Source: Monocercomonoides exilis PA203
Lineage: Eukaryota > Protista > Preaxostyla
Direction of reading: 5' to 3'
NCBI GenBank assembly: GCA_001643675.2
Contig: LSRY02000069.1
Location: 124,001-188,000 of the forward strand
DNA length: 64,000 nt
The number at the start of each line of letters is the position of its first letter. Position 1 is the first letter of the stretch. This document shows, one piece after another, positions 36,801-49,200 of the stretch. The position numbers were made by a program, and so were the translations under genes. Under the pieces are notes generated by a model. The model saw only the letters and a list, made by a program, of their open reading frames with translations. It did not search any database and was not told where the DNA came from.

Positions 36801-37868
36801 AAATTCTTTAAAAATAAAGAATAATTGAATTGATTGTTTTTTATTTGTGCAAGTTTTCACTAATTCGCACTTTCATCTTTTATAATTGTATCGGCTAACG
36901 TCAGCAGCTTTCCAAAGAAAAAATAAAACATGTGTGCATTGTTATAATTGAGCTTGTTGTGAATGCTTTGTTATAAACAGTGATGAAAAATTGTTTAAAC
37001 AATAACAAACCGCAAACAGCAATGAACGAAAAAGAAGATGGAATGAAAAAGAAAATAACAATGTGGATTATTAAAAAAAAATAAAATACAGCATTTGAAG
37101 GTTATCCACAAAAAATAAAGTATTTTTTGTGAATTTTCGAAGACATCCCGCGACATCCCAATCATTGCATAATATCATTCAAAAGATCTCCTTCCTTTAT
37201 CTTCCCTCTCTTGTTGCAACAAGCTCCACACCATCCCAATGTTCTCCATCTCCCTCTTCTTTTCTCACCTTTCAAAATGCCAACTGCTCTTTCACCTCAC
37301 TTAACAAATACATCTGCCCCAATCCAGCTTTTCATTTCTCCTTTTATAAACAGAAATTCACACAGTTCCAACGAATACATTACCAATAATAGAATATAAA
37401 TCAATAATTATGAAATACATATAAAAATCTTATTATTACAATTATTTTTCTAGCCAATCATGTTAATTCCTTTCATATAAGTTGATACAAATTATATCTT
37501 GAAAGTGAAAACAAATAATTGCACGAAAACTTGTGAAATACAAAATAATCAAATCGATATAAATAACATAAAAAGTAATATAGGTAAATATTCACCGAGA
37601 CAAACAATAAAAACTATATTTTATCTTGTTGGATTGAATTGATTAATTCATTCGAACTATGTAAAGCAAGAAAAAGAAATTTCAATAAAATATGATCAAA
37701 ATAAAAATATTATGGGTGTCGAAATTTTAGAATTTCAGAGAGAAAATTTTTAATCGAATTTCGAAATTTCCCTCCTTGAATCGCTTAGTTAAATTGAGTA
37801 GATTAACGCTATTATATTCAAATTTTGAAAAAATGCAAACTGAAAGTGGTACAATTTACACCTATGCC
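33896..37868. mobile_element. GG-ended non-autonomous element with ~299-bp TIRs and cargo (Merlin-like; MULE not excluded)
   Basis: 33896-34194 and 37570-37868 are inverted copies with only a few mismatches, starting GGCATAGG; 8-bp TSD TTCTTCTC (33888-33895, 37869-37876). Confidence 0.93.
35054..36500 (+). pseudogene. Beta-helix-family surface protein fragment, cargo of the GGCATAGG element
   Basis: DAYDVGIVPSLNNPLASLTASNTSFIG, SSGGAICMY..SNCIFNGCFANRRGGGIMC, NCTAQNQYGGGMYV, CSASSHGGGMGF; contains stops and frameshifts. Confidence 0.8.
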
Positions 37869-40800
37869 TTCTTCTCGTTGTATTCCTCGGTTACTCCAAC
37901 TGCTCGTTAATCTCCTCTTGAAACAAATTTGCCTTCATACAAAGTTCAGTGAATGCTGTGTGTGAAAGGAGGTGAGCAAAGGATGAGGAGGAAGAATAAC
38001 AATCCGAGGAATTTGAGGAGGAAGTGGAAGAGGACGATGAAGGAGAAGCAGTAGTTGTTGAAGAAGAAGTGGAAGAAGAACGAAAATCCTTCGAAACCAA
38101 CTTATTCAAATCCTCCATGGCCATTTTCGACTCCATTTCCAAAGGCAGTGCATATGACTTCTCATCTGAAGACATCAGCTTCCTCTTCGCATTCGCACTT
38201 GTCTTTCTGGCACTGGCTATTCTGTTCGGAGCTTCCACAATCGACATCTGGTCGAGTGGGTTAAGCGGATCGAGCGGGTCAAGTAGAGTAAGCGCCTACG
38301 ACAGGAATGATTGGCCGGAAACAGACGCAGCGATGGATGTGGCAGCAGTGTAGAGGGCTTCAAGCAGTGTGGAGCTGGTGGAGAAGGAAGGGGAAGCTGC
38401 ATGGGAACTATCTGGAATCAATTTGCTGGGGCTTAGGGCAGGCGAAAAGGAGAGAAAAGGCGAAGCTGAGGTTCTCACAAAAAATGGTTGATCTGATTTT
38501 CTGGAGGCATGCTCAATGTGTCTGAAGTGAATAGAGGAAGTTCCCCATCGAAGTCGGATTTGATGCGTGTGGAGTCAGAAAGCTGACCGGCAGTGAGGTA
38601 AGATGGCATAAACAGCGTGGGGAAGTCTAATCTTGACAAGAAGCTGAGCACATCAGAAACCGCATCGTCGTCACGCAGCCTCACAGATTGTTCGCGGATG
38701 ACTGAGACGTTAAAGGCATCATATGCAAATCTTGTGTTGTCTGCTTCACTCCTGCTTTTGGTGTGTTCGAGTGGGAAAACAGCCAGATGGCTTTCAAATT
38801 CTGCAGTGGTGATGGCCGCTGAACGGCTGCTCTCGAGATAGCTGTGGCTGATTACGTTGGCGGGAGTGGGGCTGCGTGTGAAGGGCATGCTGGTGGTGAG
38901 GTGTGTTGAAGAAGAAGAAGAAGAAGAGAAAGAAGAGGAAAAGGAAGAAGTTAGATGAGGATGAAGCAATCTGAGTTGTGTCTAATGTTGCAGAGATGTT
39001 ATCATTCAATGCAGATGCAGCATCAGACAAAAGCGACGTCTTTTCTGGTGACATTAGTACAAGTTGGGGCAGTCCAAACACTTCCACAGCTCCCAGAAGA
39101 TCCAGAACGCTCTCTCCATTTGTGTGTCTGTGATGACACAATAAAAATGTGGAGCCAGCAATTGCCGCAGTCATCAGAGAAGGCGTGAGTGCTTCGTTAA
39201 TCGGAGGGAGAGGAGCAGAAATCGACGCAATGGTTGCAGCGGGGGGCATTTCGAACTCAGATTCAGATTCAGAGGAAGAGGTAGAGGCAGAGACAGAGAC
39301 AGAGGCAGAGGCAGATCCTTGAGAAGGAGAGAGAGAGAAGGAGAAGGAGTATGAAGAGAAATAGATGGAGAAGGGGAGAGAAAAAAAAAGAAGAAGGAAA
39401 AGAAGGAGAAGGAGAAATGGAAGAGAAAGAAGAAGAAGAAGAAGAAGAAGAAGAAGAGAAAGAAAAGAAAGAGGAGGATGAGGAAGAGGAGGATGTGGAA
39501 GAAGAAGCAGAAAATGATGATGACAAAGGAAGAATAGAAAAATAAGTTCACTTGCGCGGAAAGGATTGCTTTGTTTGCATCAGATAGGATGTAGAGAGGA
39601 GGAGGGATTGACATCACTTGTGGAGGTGGATGTGGATGCTGAGGGATTTCTAGCGTGCCAGTTAATGAATCAGGTGAAGAAGAAGAGAAGATAATGAAAA
39701 AATGATGAATAAACAAGAATAAAAGCAAGATTAAAAAGATAAAGAAGAAGTTGAAGCAAAGAAAATGGTGATGAAGTGGGAAGTGAAGAAGTTGAGAATG
39801 AAGATGATGCGTTTGCAGATGAAAATGCTGAGAAAGAATATAGCGTTCTAATGATTTGCTGCTGAATCATTCTTCGATTTTTGATTTCAGGGAGGAAATC
39901 AAAACAAATTGTGGTTAGAATTGAAAAAGATTTATTCTTCGTCTCCGCTCCTTTCGTCTTCTCTTTTGAGAAACTATCTTTATGAGCCTTTCTTATTTTT
40001 CTGTCAAATACCACTTTCTCTCTTCTCCTCCTGATTATTCACACACACTGCGTTGTTCAGAAGGATGCACTGCTGCTCAAGTACATCCCTTGTCGCTGAC
40101 ACACTGCGCTTGCAAATACACCTGCATTTCCCAATCTGCTTTTCCCGAAAATAGCACATGTGATAGGCAGTGAGAAGGAAGAAATGGAAAAAGAAGGAGA
40201 GGAAGAAGGAAATGACATGTTCGATGTGCAGAAGGACTTCTGTTTTAGCGAAGAGGATTCCACGGTGGGAGATGATGGTGTGAATGGCTTTTGTGGATTT
40301 CCCACAACAAATGAAGTGGCAAACAATTCAGTGTGAGGAAAGGGAGAAAAAGGAGGAGTGGCAAATGTTGAGGAGACTGTGATGTTTTGAGTGTTCAGTT
40401 GCGCAGATGAGAGTGTGCTGTCGAACGAGTTGAATGTCTGACAATGTTCATCTTCATCGTCACCTCCTTCTTCTCTTCCCTTTTCTCTCCTCTTCCTTTC
40501 TGTTGATGCATGTGTAAACCTTGCGTCAAAATCATCAATTCACAATTTACAAAACTCGTCTTTCTCCTTCTTCATTTTCTTCTTTTGCTCTTTTTGCTGT
40601 CCACATTTACTCTGCTCTGCACTCAAATTGCTTCTGAAATTCTCCTTCTTTGCCTCTTCCATTTGAACTTGAACTCCTCTCTCTTCGCTTCTTGGCGGTG
40701 TCAGAAAGCGAGTGAATGAATGCGACGTTCCCCAGAAGTTCCTTCCTCCGCTCATTCCCATTCAAATCATCCACCCTGTTCAGCACAGCCGGAGCGCGGA

Positions 40801-43610
40801 AGCCATACGAAGTGCTGAAGCAAAAAGTGATCTGCTTCTGAAGTTAAGGAAAGTGGTTCAGAAACATATCCAGTCATCCCACAGAAGACTTTGACATAGA
40901 TGAAGATAATGTTGAGAGCAGGAAAACTGAACGAATTTTTATTGGAGGGTTTAATCAAGCTGCAGATTGAATAGTTAATATTTTCATGAAGGTCAACAGG
41001 ATGATCCCCCTTCTAATGAGAGGAGGCATCTTAGAAGATGGTTAAGAATGTTAATGTTTGTGACAACAGAGAAATCCATTTATAATCCAATGAATTTTGT
41101 GAAGAAGTTGATAAGTTTTAAATGATGGTGTTGATGAATGCAAGATCGTATAAGGCAGGATGACTCCACAAGAAGACAATAATCCCTAATTACAATTATT
41201 TTGGAAAATATTCTGTTATTAATCAATTAAGCTGCATTTCTTCAAAGTCATTTGCCTTCTTTTTTTAATTTCCTCTCCTTTTTCTTCAAAAACAAAAAAT
41301 GTTAATAACTCTCAATTTCCTTTCTTTTCCATTTCCATCTTCAAAAAATCTTCTCTCCTTTTTTTCTCTTCTCAAAAAATATCCCTCTTTCATCTTGACA
41401 TTTCAGAATATTCTTCTTCTTTCCCGCTTATTCCCTCTTTTCTTTCTTTTCAAAATCCAGATCTCCAATCAACAATAATCACCTTCTTCATCTTCCTCAG
41501 CCACATCTCTACATATTTACAACATTATCTTCTCCAAATCTCCACCCACTCTTCTCCATCCCTTTGCCTCAGAATTTCTTTCATTCAAAAACCCCTCTCG
41601 AAAAATTGACATTCCAAAAACCACTCAACTCCCACTCCCTGCCACAAATAATATTCTTCCATCTCTTCTCTGCCCCATATCCCTCCTATATCTGTTATTG
41701 ATGAGATAAACACAAAAGACTGTTTGGATGTTTGTGAACATTTTTTAAAGGGGAAGATCATAACAAAAATATAAAAACACATCTGGATATCAATCACACT
41801 GCGGGTTGGTTGAGAAGGCCCTTCCAATGAGATATATGTAATATATTGTGGAGATTTATTCCTAGCTGCAATTTGACCATTCTGGAGCTGAAATGAAGAG
41901 ATTGATTTATTTTTTGAATGATGATGGCTGTGGAAATGAAGCTGTTCGGCAAAAAACAGTCGAAGGGCAGTTTGGTCTTTATTTATTATTTTTTATATGA
42001 ATATTTACCTGTTGATTGTTTTTGTGTTTCTTTCAGGGGAGGAGGCGGAAATGAATGAAAAGAAATAAAAGAGGGATATCTCGTTGTGCAGGGTGAACAT
42101 AGAATTGGGAGAGCGAATTCATATGGAAAGTGCCCAGGGTGAAGGGATTGGGAAGAGAATGAGAGATGATATTTTCAGATGATAAACAGGGTATTTTTCA
42201 ATGACGAGAGTGGAATTTGAGCAAAATGCATAAATCTCACATTTTTCAGAAGAACAAGAAATAGATGCATTTGATGGAGAAACAACTGATGGAAATTACG
42301 GTTGGGGAATCAGATGATGAAACATTCGAAAACAAGAGGAATAATGAAATTGAATTGGAGGGAAACAGTTGCCAACTGAATAAAAAACAGAAAATTGCCT
42401 TCAAAAATGTTTGGAAGGTTTGTTGTTGTTATTTATTTGAAGTGATTATTATTTTGTTTTAAGAATGCTGAAAGAACGAAGGATTAGATCGCTTTGAAGA
42501 AAAAGAAGAAAAGCAAGGAAGAAAAATGAAATGAAGATTGATGAAATGCGAGATGTTACGAAGATGCCTGGCGTTGGGCATTGGCAAAGAATTAATTTTG
42601 AGGAAAGAAGATTTGAGTGAAAGAAGGGAAGCGAAAAATTGAAAGAAATGGAATGAAAAAGATATTGACGCGTGCTTTGTATTTTTTGTTGGCGAGGAGG
42701 GATGATTGAGCTGAATGTTTGATGGATTTGGAGGATCTTATTTGGTAGGAAAAAGATACAAAAATTGAAGAAGATGAAGAAGTTGAATCATTTTAGATAG
42801 TCTTTAAAGGAGATGCTTCAAATTTTGAAAGACTGTTCATTTGTTCTGCTGGAACCTTTTTTTTTTTTTTCGTAACTTCGAGAATTCTTGAGTTTCCGAA
42901 ACATGCACCTTCTTTTCCCTCATACATATCTTTGTCAATTTTCTGTTTTGTCAATTTTTGTATTCATTTCACATAAGATCGCTGAATATTAGTTCTCTAT
43001 TTATGCTTTTTCTTTCGATCTTAGCAGCAAGCATTCAAAAACGCATTCTGTGCCTTAAAAAGCAATTCCTCAAGAGAGGATTGAAGATTAAGTGAATTCG
43101 AAGAAGCAGATTAATTAACTATCAGAGGCGCAGAACTGTTCAAAGAAGAGTGTGAAGATAACAATGGAATAACCTGATCGTTTAATGAATGATTGAATTT
43201 AGTATTAGATAGTGGTTTTATCCACACATGAGAAAATTCACTTGTTGAAAAGAGTGAACACATGGAATTTCATGAAAGACATAGAGCAAAAGAAAGAAAA
43301 GATGTATCTGGAGAACTCATTGATGATGAAGTCAGAGTTGAAGAAGGAGAAAACATAGAATTCGATGAGAAAGAAGAAGAAAGGAAAGACGAGCCAAGCA
43401 GCGGAGATTGAATAAACGATGAATAACTTGAAGAAGTCACAGAATTCTGAAACGTTGGAGATTGAACAGAAAATGAAGAGTTGGAATTCTTTGGAATAAC
43501 ACAACGAGAAAGAATAGGAGACGAATCTGACTTTGCCAGAAAACTTGCGAAAGAAGATGAATTGCAAATTCTGTTCTTTGCACAGTTTTCTTCTTCTCCT
43601 TGCTCTTTTT

Positions 43611-46186
43611 CTATTTCCTTTTTCCAGTTAATCTATTCCGCTTGCTTTTTGTTATTAACATTTCCTTTTTCTCTCTCTCAGCTCTTTGCTTATCAATAAT
43701 AATGTTCACTCCTTTTGAAGCCGAGTCTACAACTTTTGAATGCTCTTCATCCACAACCGACAAATTATTCAGCATCAACCTCTTCTTCTTCCTCTTCCTC
43801 CTCTTCCTCTTCGCTTCTGCTTTCAGATTCAAATCCTTCCTCGTTCTCCTTTGCAGCTATCTCTCTCATCTCATTCCACGCATCCTGGTCTGCATCTTCG
43901 TACGCAAGTCACTTTTTTATCAGCTCGCCCAGCCACATTTCTCTTCTTAGGCGCTGCGGCTTCTGTGACAACATTAATGCAGCTTTCTTTTTCTTTGCGG
44001 TTGCTTGCTGTTGTGAGGGAACAGGATACACAGGAAACGAATGCCTTGAACTGGAACGCGGAAGCAACGCATCTGAAATCAATGGCCTCTTTTGAACAAC
44101 AGCAGATTTATTCACATTTTCAATAGGAAGATTTCCTGTTTGCTCTTTGGGTGGAACCTTTTTTCTTTTTAATTCTGTCTTTCGCACATGTTCTTTCACC
44201 TGGTTGACTGCATCCAAAGGATCAAAGGCGATTTGCTCAGACGAAGAAAGGTGCAATTTGTTTGGAGTTGAAGGACTTTTCCCTCCTTCCAGTGCAAGTG
44301 GCCGAATAGCAGGAGGAGTTGAAGCAGAAGATGGATGAACAGCTTGAGATATGAGGGAAGGAGATAAAGAAGTTCTGATGGAAGGAAAAGATTGTTGTTG
44401 GATGTTCAAAAACTTGAAAGAATTGACAAGCGAAGAAGTGCAGTTAGAGAGAGGATGAAGGGCAATGTTTGAATTTGAAGTGAAATCAACAGCTGAATCT
44501 CAAAGCGCAACCAAATTGTGGGTAGGGTGTTTCTGTATCAGATCCATCACCTTTGAATACTTCTTCAACGTGAAGAAAGATGCCAACTTTGAGAACTACA
44601 ACGTATCTCTTCATCCAGGCACGCTGTTCTGACTGAATGTTCTAATCCCTTTCTCATTCTGAAACATCAAAGGTGATCCTTTCCCTGTTCCTTTCCTTCC
44701 CTTCCTGTGTGTCGCTTCTGCTTTCTCTTCGCAGTTCCGCCTGGCTTAGCTTTAGCCCGCTCTTCAGCGCGCTCATCAGATCCAGTATTGCTCTCGTCTG
44801 CCTCGTATCGGCAACCGCAAACACAGGCACTTTTCGCATCTTCCACACAAATTGCACATTTTCCTCGCTTTTGATACGCACATAACGGCAAAACACATCC
44901 AATTCATCGCTCAAATCTTCCAATTCAGAATAAAAGAGGTCATTCCTCATGCAGTCCAATTTCCGCTCTCTTGTCAAAATTGGCGTTTGGCTTTCTTTCG
45001 CCTCTTGTTGCGCCTCGCTGGCCATTTTGTTCTCCTTCTGGTTGGTAGGAGTACCTGTCTCAATGTGTGGTTGCTGTATTCATCGGATGCTGCTAATTAG
45101 ATTTTTGTCTTTTTCTTCTTTCTCCATTTTCCTGCGCTCCCACTCATCTTTCTCACTCATCTTCTTCTGTATCTCCTGCAGTTTCATCAGACAAAGCAGT
45201 TTTTCTCTCTGATCATTAGATTCCAATGAATTACACGTAATCTTCGCCTCTTCATCGTCCACCTTCCCATTCTCATTCTGAAACTCATCTTGCATCGCCC
45301 TTGTCACTTCTCTGTTGAAATTCTTCATCCCCATTTCACCCAATGTCACCACTCCTACTCCAACAACAACAACAGGTAACAGCGACATTGTAGCTGCACC
45401 AACAGCTCCTCTCCCCATCTCCATCTCTTTGATGAACACAATCAACGCTCTCCTTCCAACACATCTCCATCCGCCTTCCATACGCTTCCCTCGTGTTAAA
45501 TGTATCGTTCCAAAGGGATCTCTTGCAGAATAATATTGCCTAGGCAGTGGAGAAGGAGATCGAGTTGGAGATGGAATTGTTGTTGAGTTCAGTTGCTGCT
45601 GTTTTTGCTGCTTTTCCTATGAAAAAGGCTCTGGTTTTGGCTCATTATAATTCGTTTCGCCTTTTTTGTTGTTTTGAATAGACTCTTTTGTGTTTGTATT
45701 CTTTTCTGTTTCCGCTTGATTATCTTTCTTTTGAAGTCTTTCAACACTTTCTTGAGCTTCATTGTTTTCATTTCCTTTCTTTTTCATCGAAATACTTTGT
45801 TTTGTTTCAGTATCATTTGCATCATCGTTGTGTGCTCCTTCCTTTTCACTCATATCGCTCTCCAAACTTTCAGTTGATTCGTCATCTGATAGAATTCCCC
45901 CAACATTCACCACATTCCCATAGCTCATCAGCTTCAGAATATTCTTATCATGTGCATTGCCCTCTTCATACAGCCATCCATCCCCCGAGCTTATTCCCCA
46001 CCAGTCGCAGTCGTCTAACTCTTCTTCTCTTCTTCTGAACACTTTCACAATCTCCTGTATCTTCCTCTTCTCCCTCCTCCTCTTCTTCTTTCTTGTTCTG
46101 TCTGTGGAGCTTATCCAGTACTTTATATAGTTCTTTTCTTGACTTTTCAATCTTTTACACGGTGATTTTGTTCTGTAACATTTCAT
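43611..46186 (-). pseudogene. Charged/low-complexity hypothetical host gene with multiple stops
   Basis: Successive minus-strand ORFs 45617..46186, 45080..45481, 44654..45025, 43909..44409 and 43611..43832; no recognisable domain. Confidence 0.35.
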
Positions 46187-46258
46187 ATTTCTGATACACT
46201 TCCTAATGAAGTGAAATATTGATAATTTGATAATTATTTCATATCACACATTAACAGC

Positions 46259-49200
46259 AATACAATAATTGATTTTTGAGTATTTTGCAAATTAATAATA
46301 AAAACAAACTTTGTTAAAAATGAACAACAGTTATCAAAGTCACATTGAATAGTCTTTCTGTTTGTTTCATCAAAAATTGTCTATGTGCCAAACAAAATAA
46401 CCAGTTTCTAAACAAATAGGTCAAAATTCTTGAATTAATGAAAAATAACAACGATTTGTTCCAAACCTTTTATGTAGCTTTGACATTATATGTCAAACGT
46501 TCTCACATATTAAATATATCGAATGACTGTAAAATAATAAGAAAAATCTTCGAAGACGGTGCATGGGAAACAATTCATTTCACACAACACTTCATCCCAA
46601 ATAAAAAATATGTTAAAAAACAAATTATTACCAACTTTTTCCACTAACAGATTTTCAAAAAAAGCATCAGACATGTTTATTATTGTTATTTATTCACATT
46701 GAGCAAAATAGATCATGGTATTCTTAATGGCGCCATTAATAATAATTTGTATTTTTTATGATCAAAAATTTCAAAAATGAATGACAATTTTTTATTTTTG
46801 TTTCATTTAATTTGTAATTATTATTGCTTTATTAATGCAAACATGTCATCAAAAATTAGTTTTGATTTTTTTAATGTTTGAATAAAGGTGAAAAAAAAAT
46901 TAAATAAAATGCAATCTTTTAATGGTTTTTTTTAATAAAAAATATTTATGAAAAATTAAAAATTAATTACAAAAAAATAAATTTTTATTCAGTAAGTTGA
47001 TAAAATGTAAATCCAGACTTCCATCCTTCCAGTGATAAATTTTTCCAACACTGATTCCATTTATCTAGTGCTAGCAGTGACACAACCTCATCGTCGCATT
47101 CAAAGAAAATGCTTTTCTCGTCAATCAAATGCTTTCTATCCTTCACAATTGCAATGAAATGTCCATCTTTGAATTTTGATGTTGAATGAATCACAGTTCC
47201 ACAAAGCTGATATTTTGCTGTTATCATATCATTATCAGAAAAGAATTTCAGGGAAGTTTTTGATTTCAAAGGATCAAAAAAGCAGATATCAAAAGGGCCA
47301 TTTCCTTTTTCAGCAACAAACAGTTGAGTTAGAGGGGGATTGACTGATGAAGGTGTCGGATTGTTATGAAACACACACATACCACATGGAAAAGCATCAA
47401 GCCTGATCCATTTCAATTCAATTCTTCCAGTTGAACATTTTCCACACATCTGTTTCTGTTGATCCTCCTCCTCTTTGACAACAGAAAAATAAGAATTTAA
47501 ACCTTCAACAATGTCAGCGTTTGATATTGGCACCTCCAACATTATTCCCCTTGGCTTTGAAGTCAATTGATTACAAGACTGACATTTCATAAACTTGTGA
47601 CTGTGAAGTTGAAACTTTTTAATAACACCATCATCCTCCTCCGACAATAACTCCAAGAATTTTTCATATGTTGAAAGAGAACCTTTAGGTTCCATCAATG
47701 GTCCAAAATTATTCTCATACATTTGAATCATTCTCTTCGTTCCCCAATAGAATTTCTGAAAATCACACCCACTCAAACATTGCAGAACCAATTGAAGCGA
47801 TTGTCGATCTGTTAAGTTCTTTTTGCTCGAAAAGCTCCTTCCCAAATCCAGAGATGCAAAACATTGACACAATGAACTGAATGAACAAGTCTTTCCCAGA
47901 TTCCTCAATCCTCTTTTCGAAATTTTGTATTTGTAAACACAAGATCTTGAACCTATATCACCATCAATCACATGCATTGATAAACAGTCGATAAATCTCT
48001 CAATTGGTGCAAACATCAGATAAACAATGTCAGTTCTTGAAGGATTTTTTGAATTGGATTCCATATCGTCATCTTCGTTTGAAGATATTTTCTTTTTGCT
48101 GTGAAAGAGTGTTGCTAACTCTGGCTCTAAGGGTGATGAAGTTGACAAAGTTAAAGAGGGAGAGGAAGGGGAGGAGGAGGAAGAAGAACAAGAACAAGAA
48201 GAACAAGAAGAAGAGGAGGAGGAGGAAGAGGAAGGAGAGGAGTGAGATGGAGGAGAAGGAGAAGGAGAGGATGAAAATAAAGGAGAGGAAGAGGAAGAGG
48301 AGGATGAGAGAGAGGAAGGAGAGGAGTGAGATGGAGGAGAAGGAGAAGTGGAAGGGGAAGGAAAAGGAGAAAGAGAAGAAGACAAAGAGGATGAGGAAGA
48401 GGGGGAAGCAGGAAAGGAAGCAGATGAGGATGCGGATGAAACTGTTGAAGGATGAATATTCGAAGGAGTTAATGGAAAAGAAGATGGAAATGATGGGGAG
48501 GAAGAAGATTGAAATGAAGATGGAGAAGCCATATGTAAAGGATGGAAAGAGGATAAATTTGAAGGATAAGGAAAGGATGAGGAAGAAAATGAAGTCGATG
48601 GGAATGAGGAGGAGGAAGGAGATGAGAATGATGGGAAAGGTGAAGAAGATGATGGAATTGATTTTTCTGATGGAGGAAAAGCAGAAAACATAAAAGGAGA
48701 TGGAAAGGAGAGAGGGTTGATTGAGGAAGATGAGGATGATGATAATGTTGAAGTTGATGATGATAATGAAATTGATTTTGGAGTGTCATTGTGTGAAATG
48801 TAATCTTCTGAATCTTCCATATCCATTTCAATTGATTCAATTTTTTCATTTTCTGCTCCAAAATATCCAAAATACGATTTAGAAGAATTAAGTTGAGAAG
48901 AACGTTGTTTCCTTTTCATTAGCGGTGTTCTATCTGTTGACATTGCTTTCTTTTGATCGAAAAAGGATGCTCGAAAAGTCGGTGGTTTTATTTCAAACAC
49001 AAACTCTTGGCTTAGTGTCTGCTGAGAGAATTCTTTTGTCAGAATCAATAGCATTTCACTTTGTAATTCATAGGAGAGGCTATTGAAAACATGACTCAGC
49101 TCTTTTATGGTTCGTTACAGCGGATCAACATATTGCAAAATAAAAAAATAATAATAATAAATATTTATAAATCAAAAAAAGAATATTTAAAAAAAAACAT

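Larger units (their letters stand above)
33673..40958 (-). pseudogene. Large low-complexity host gene split by the 33896-37868 insertion
   Basis: Removing the element and one TSD joins ...NEQLE*PRNTTRR to MIQKVLERNQ... in frame. Upstream fragments: 37891..38247, 38475..38969, 38794..39249, 40057..40326, 40540..40761. The 5' boundary is uncertain. Confidence 0.5.

Noticed and set aside
46438-46647. Two identical 69-aa ORFs (also 50064..50273, minus strand)
   Set aside because: A consequence of the 587-bp inverted repeat; no domain or codon evidence for a real gene.
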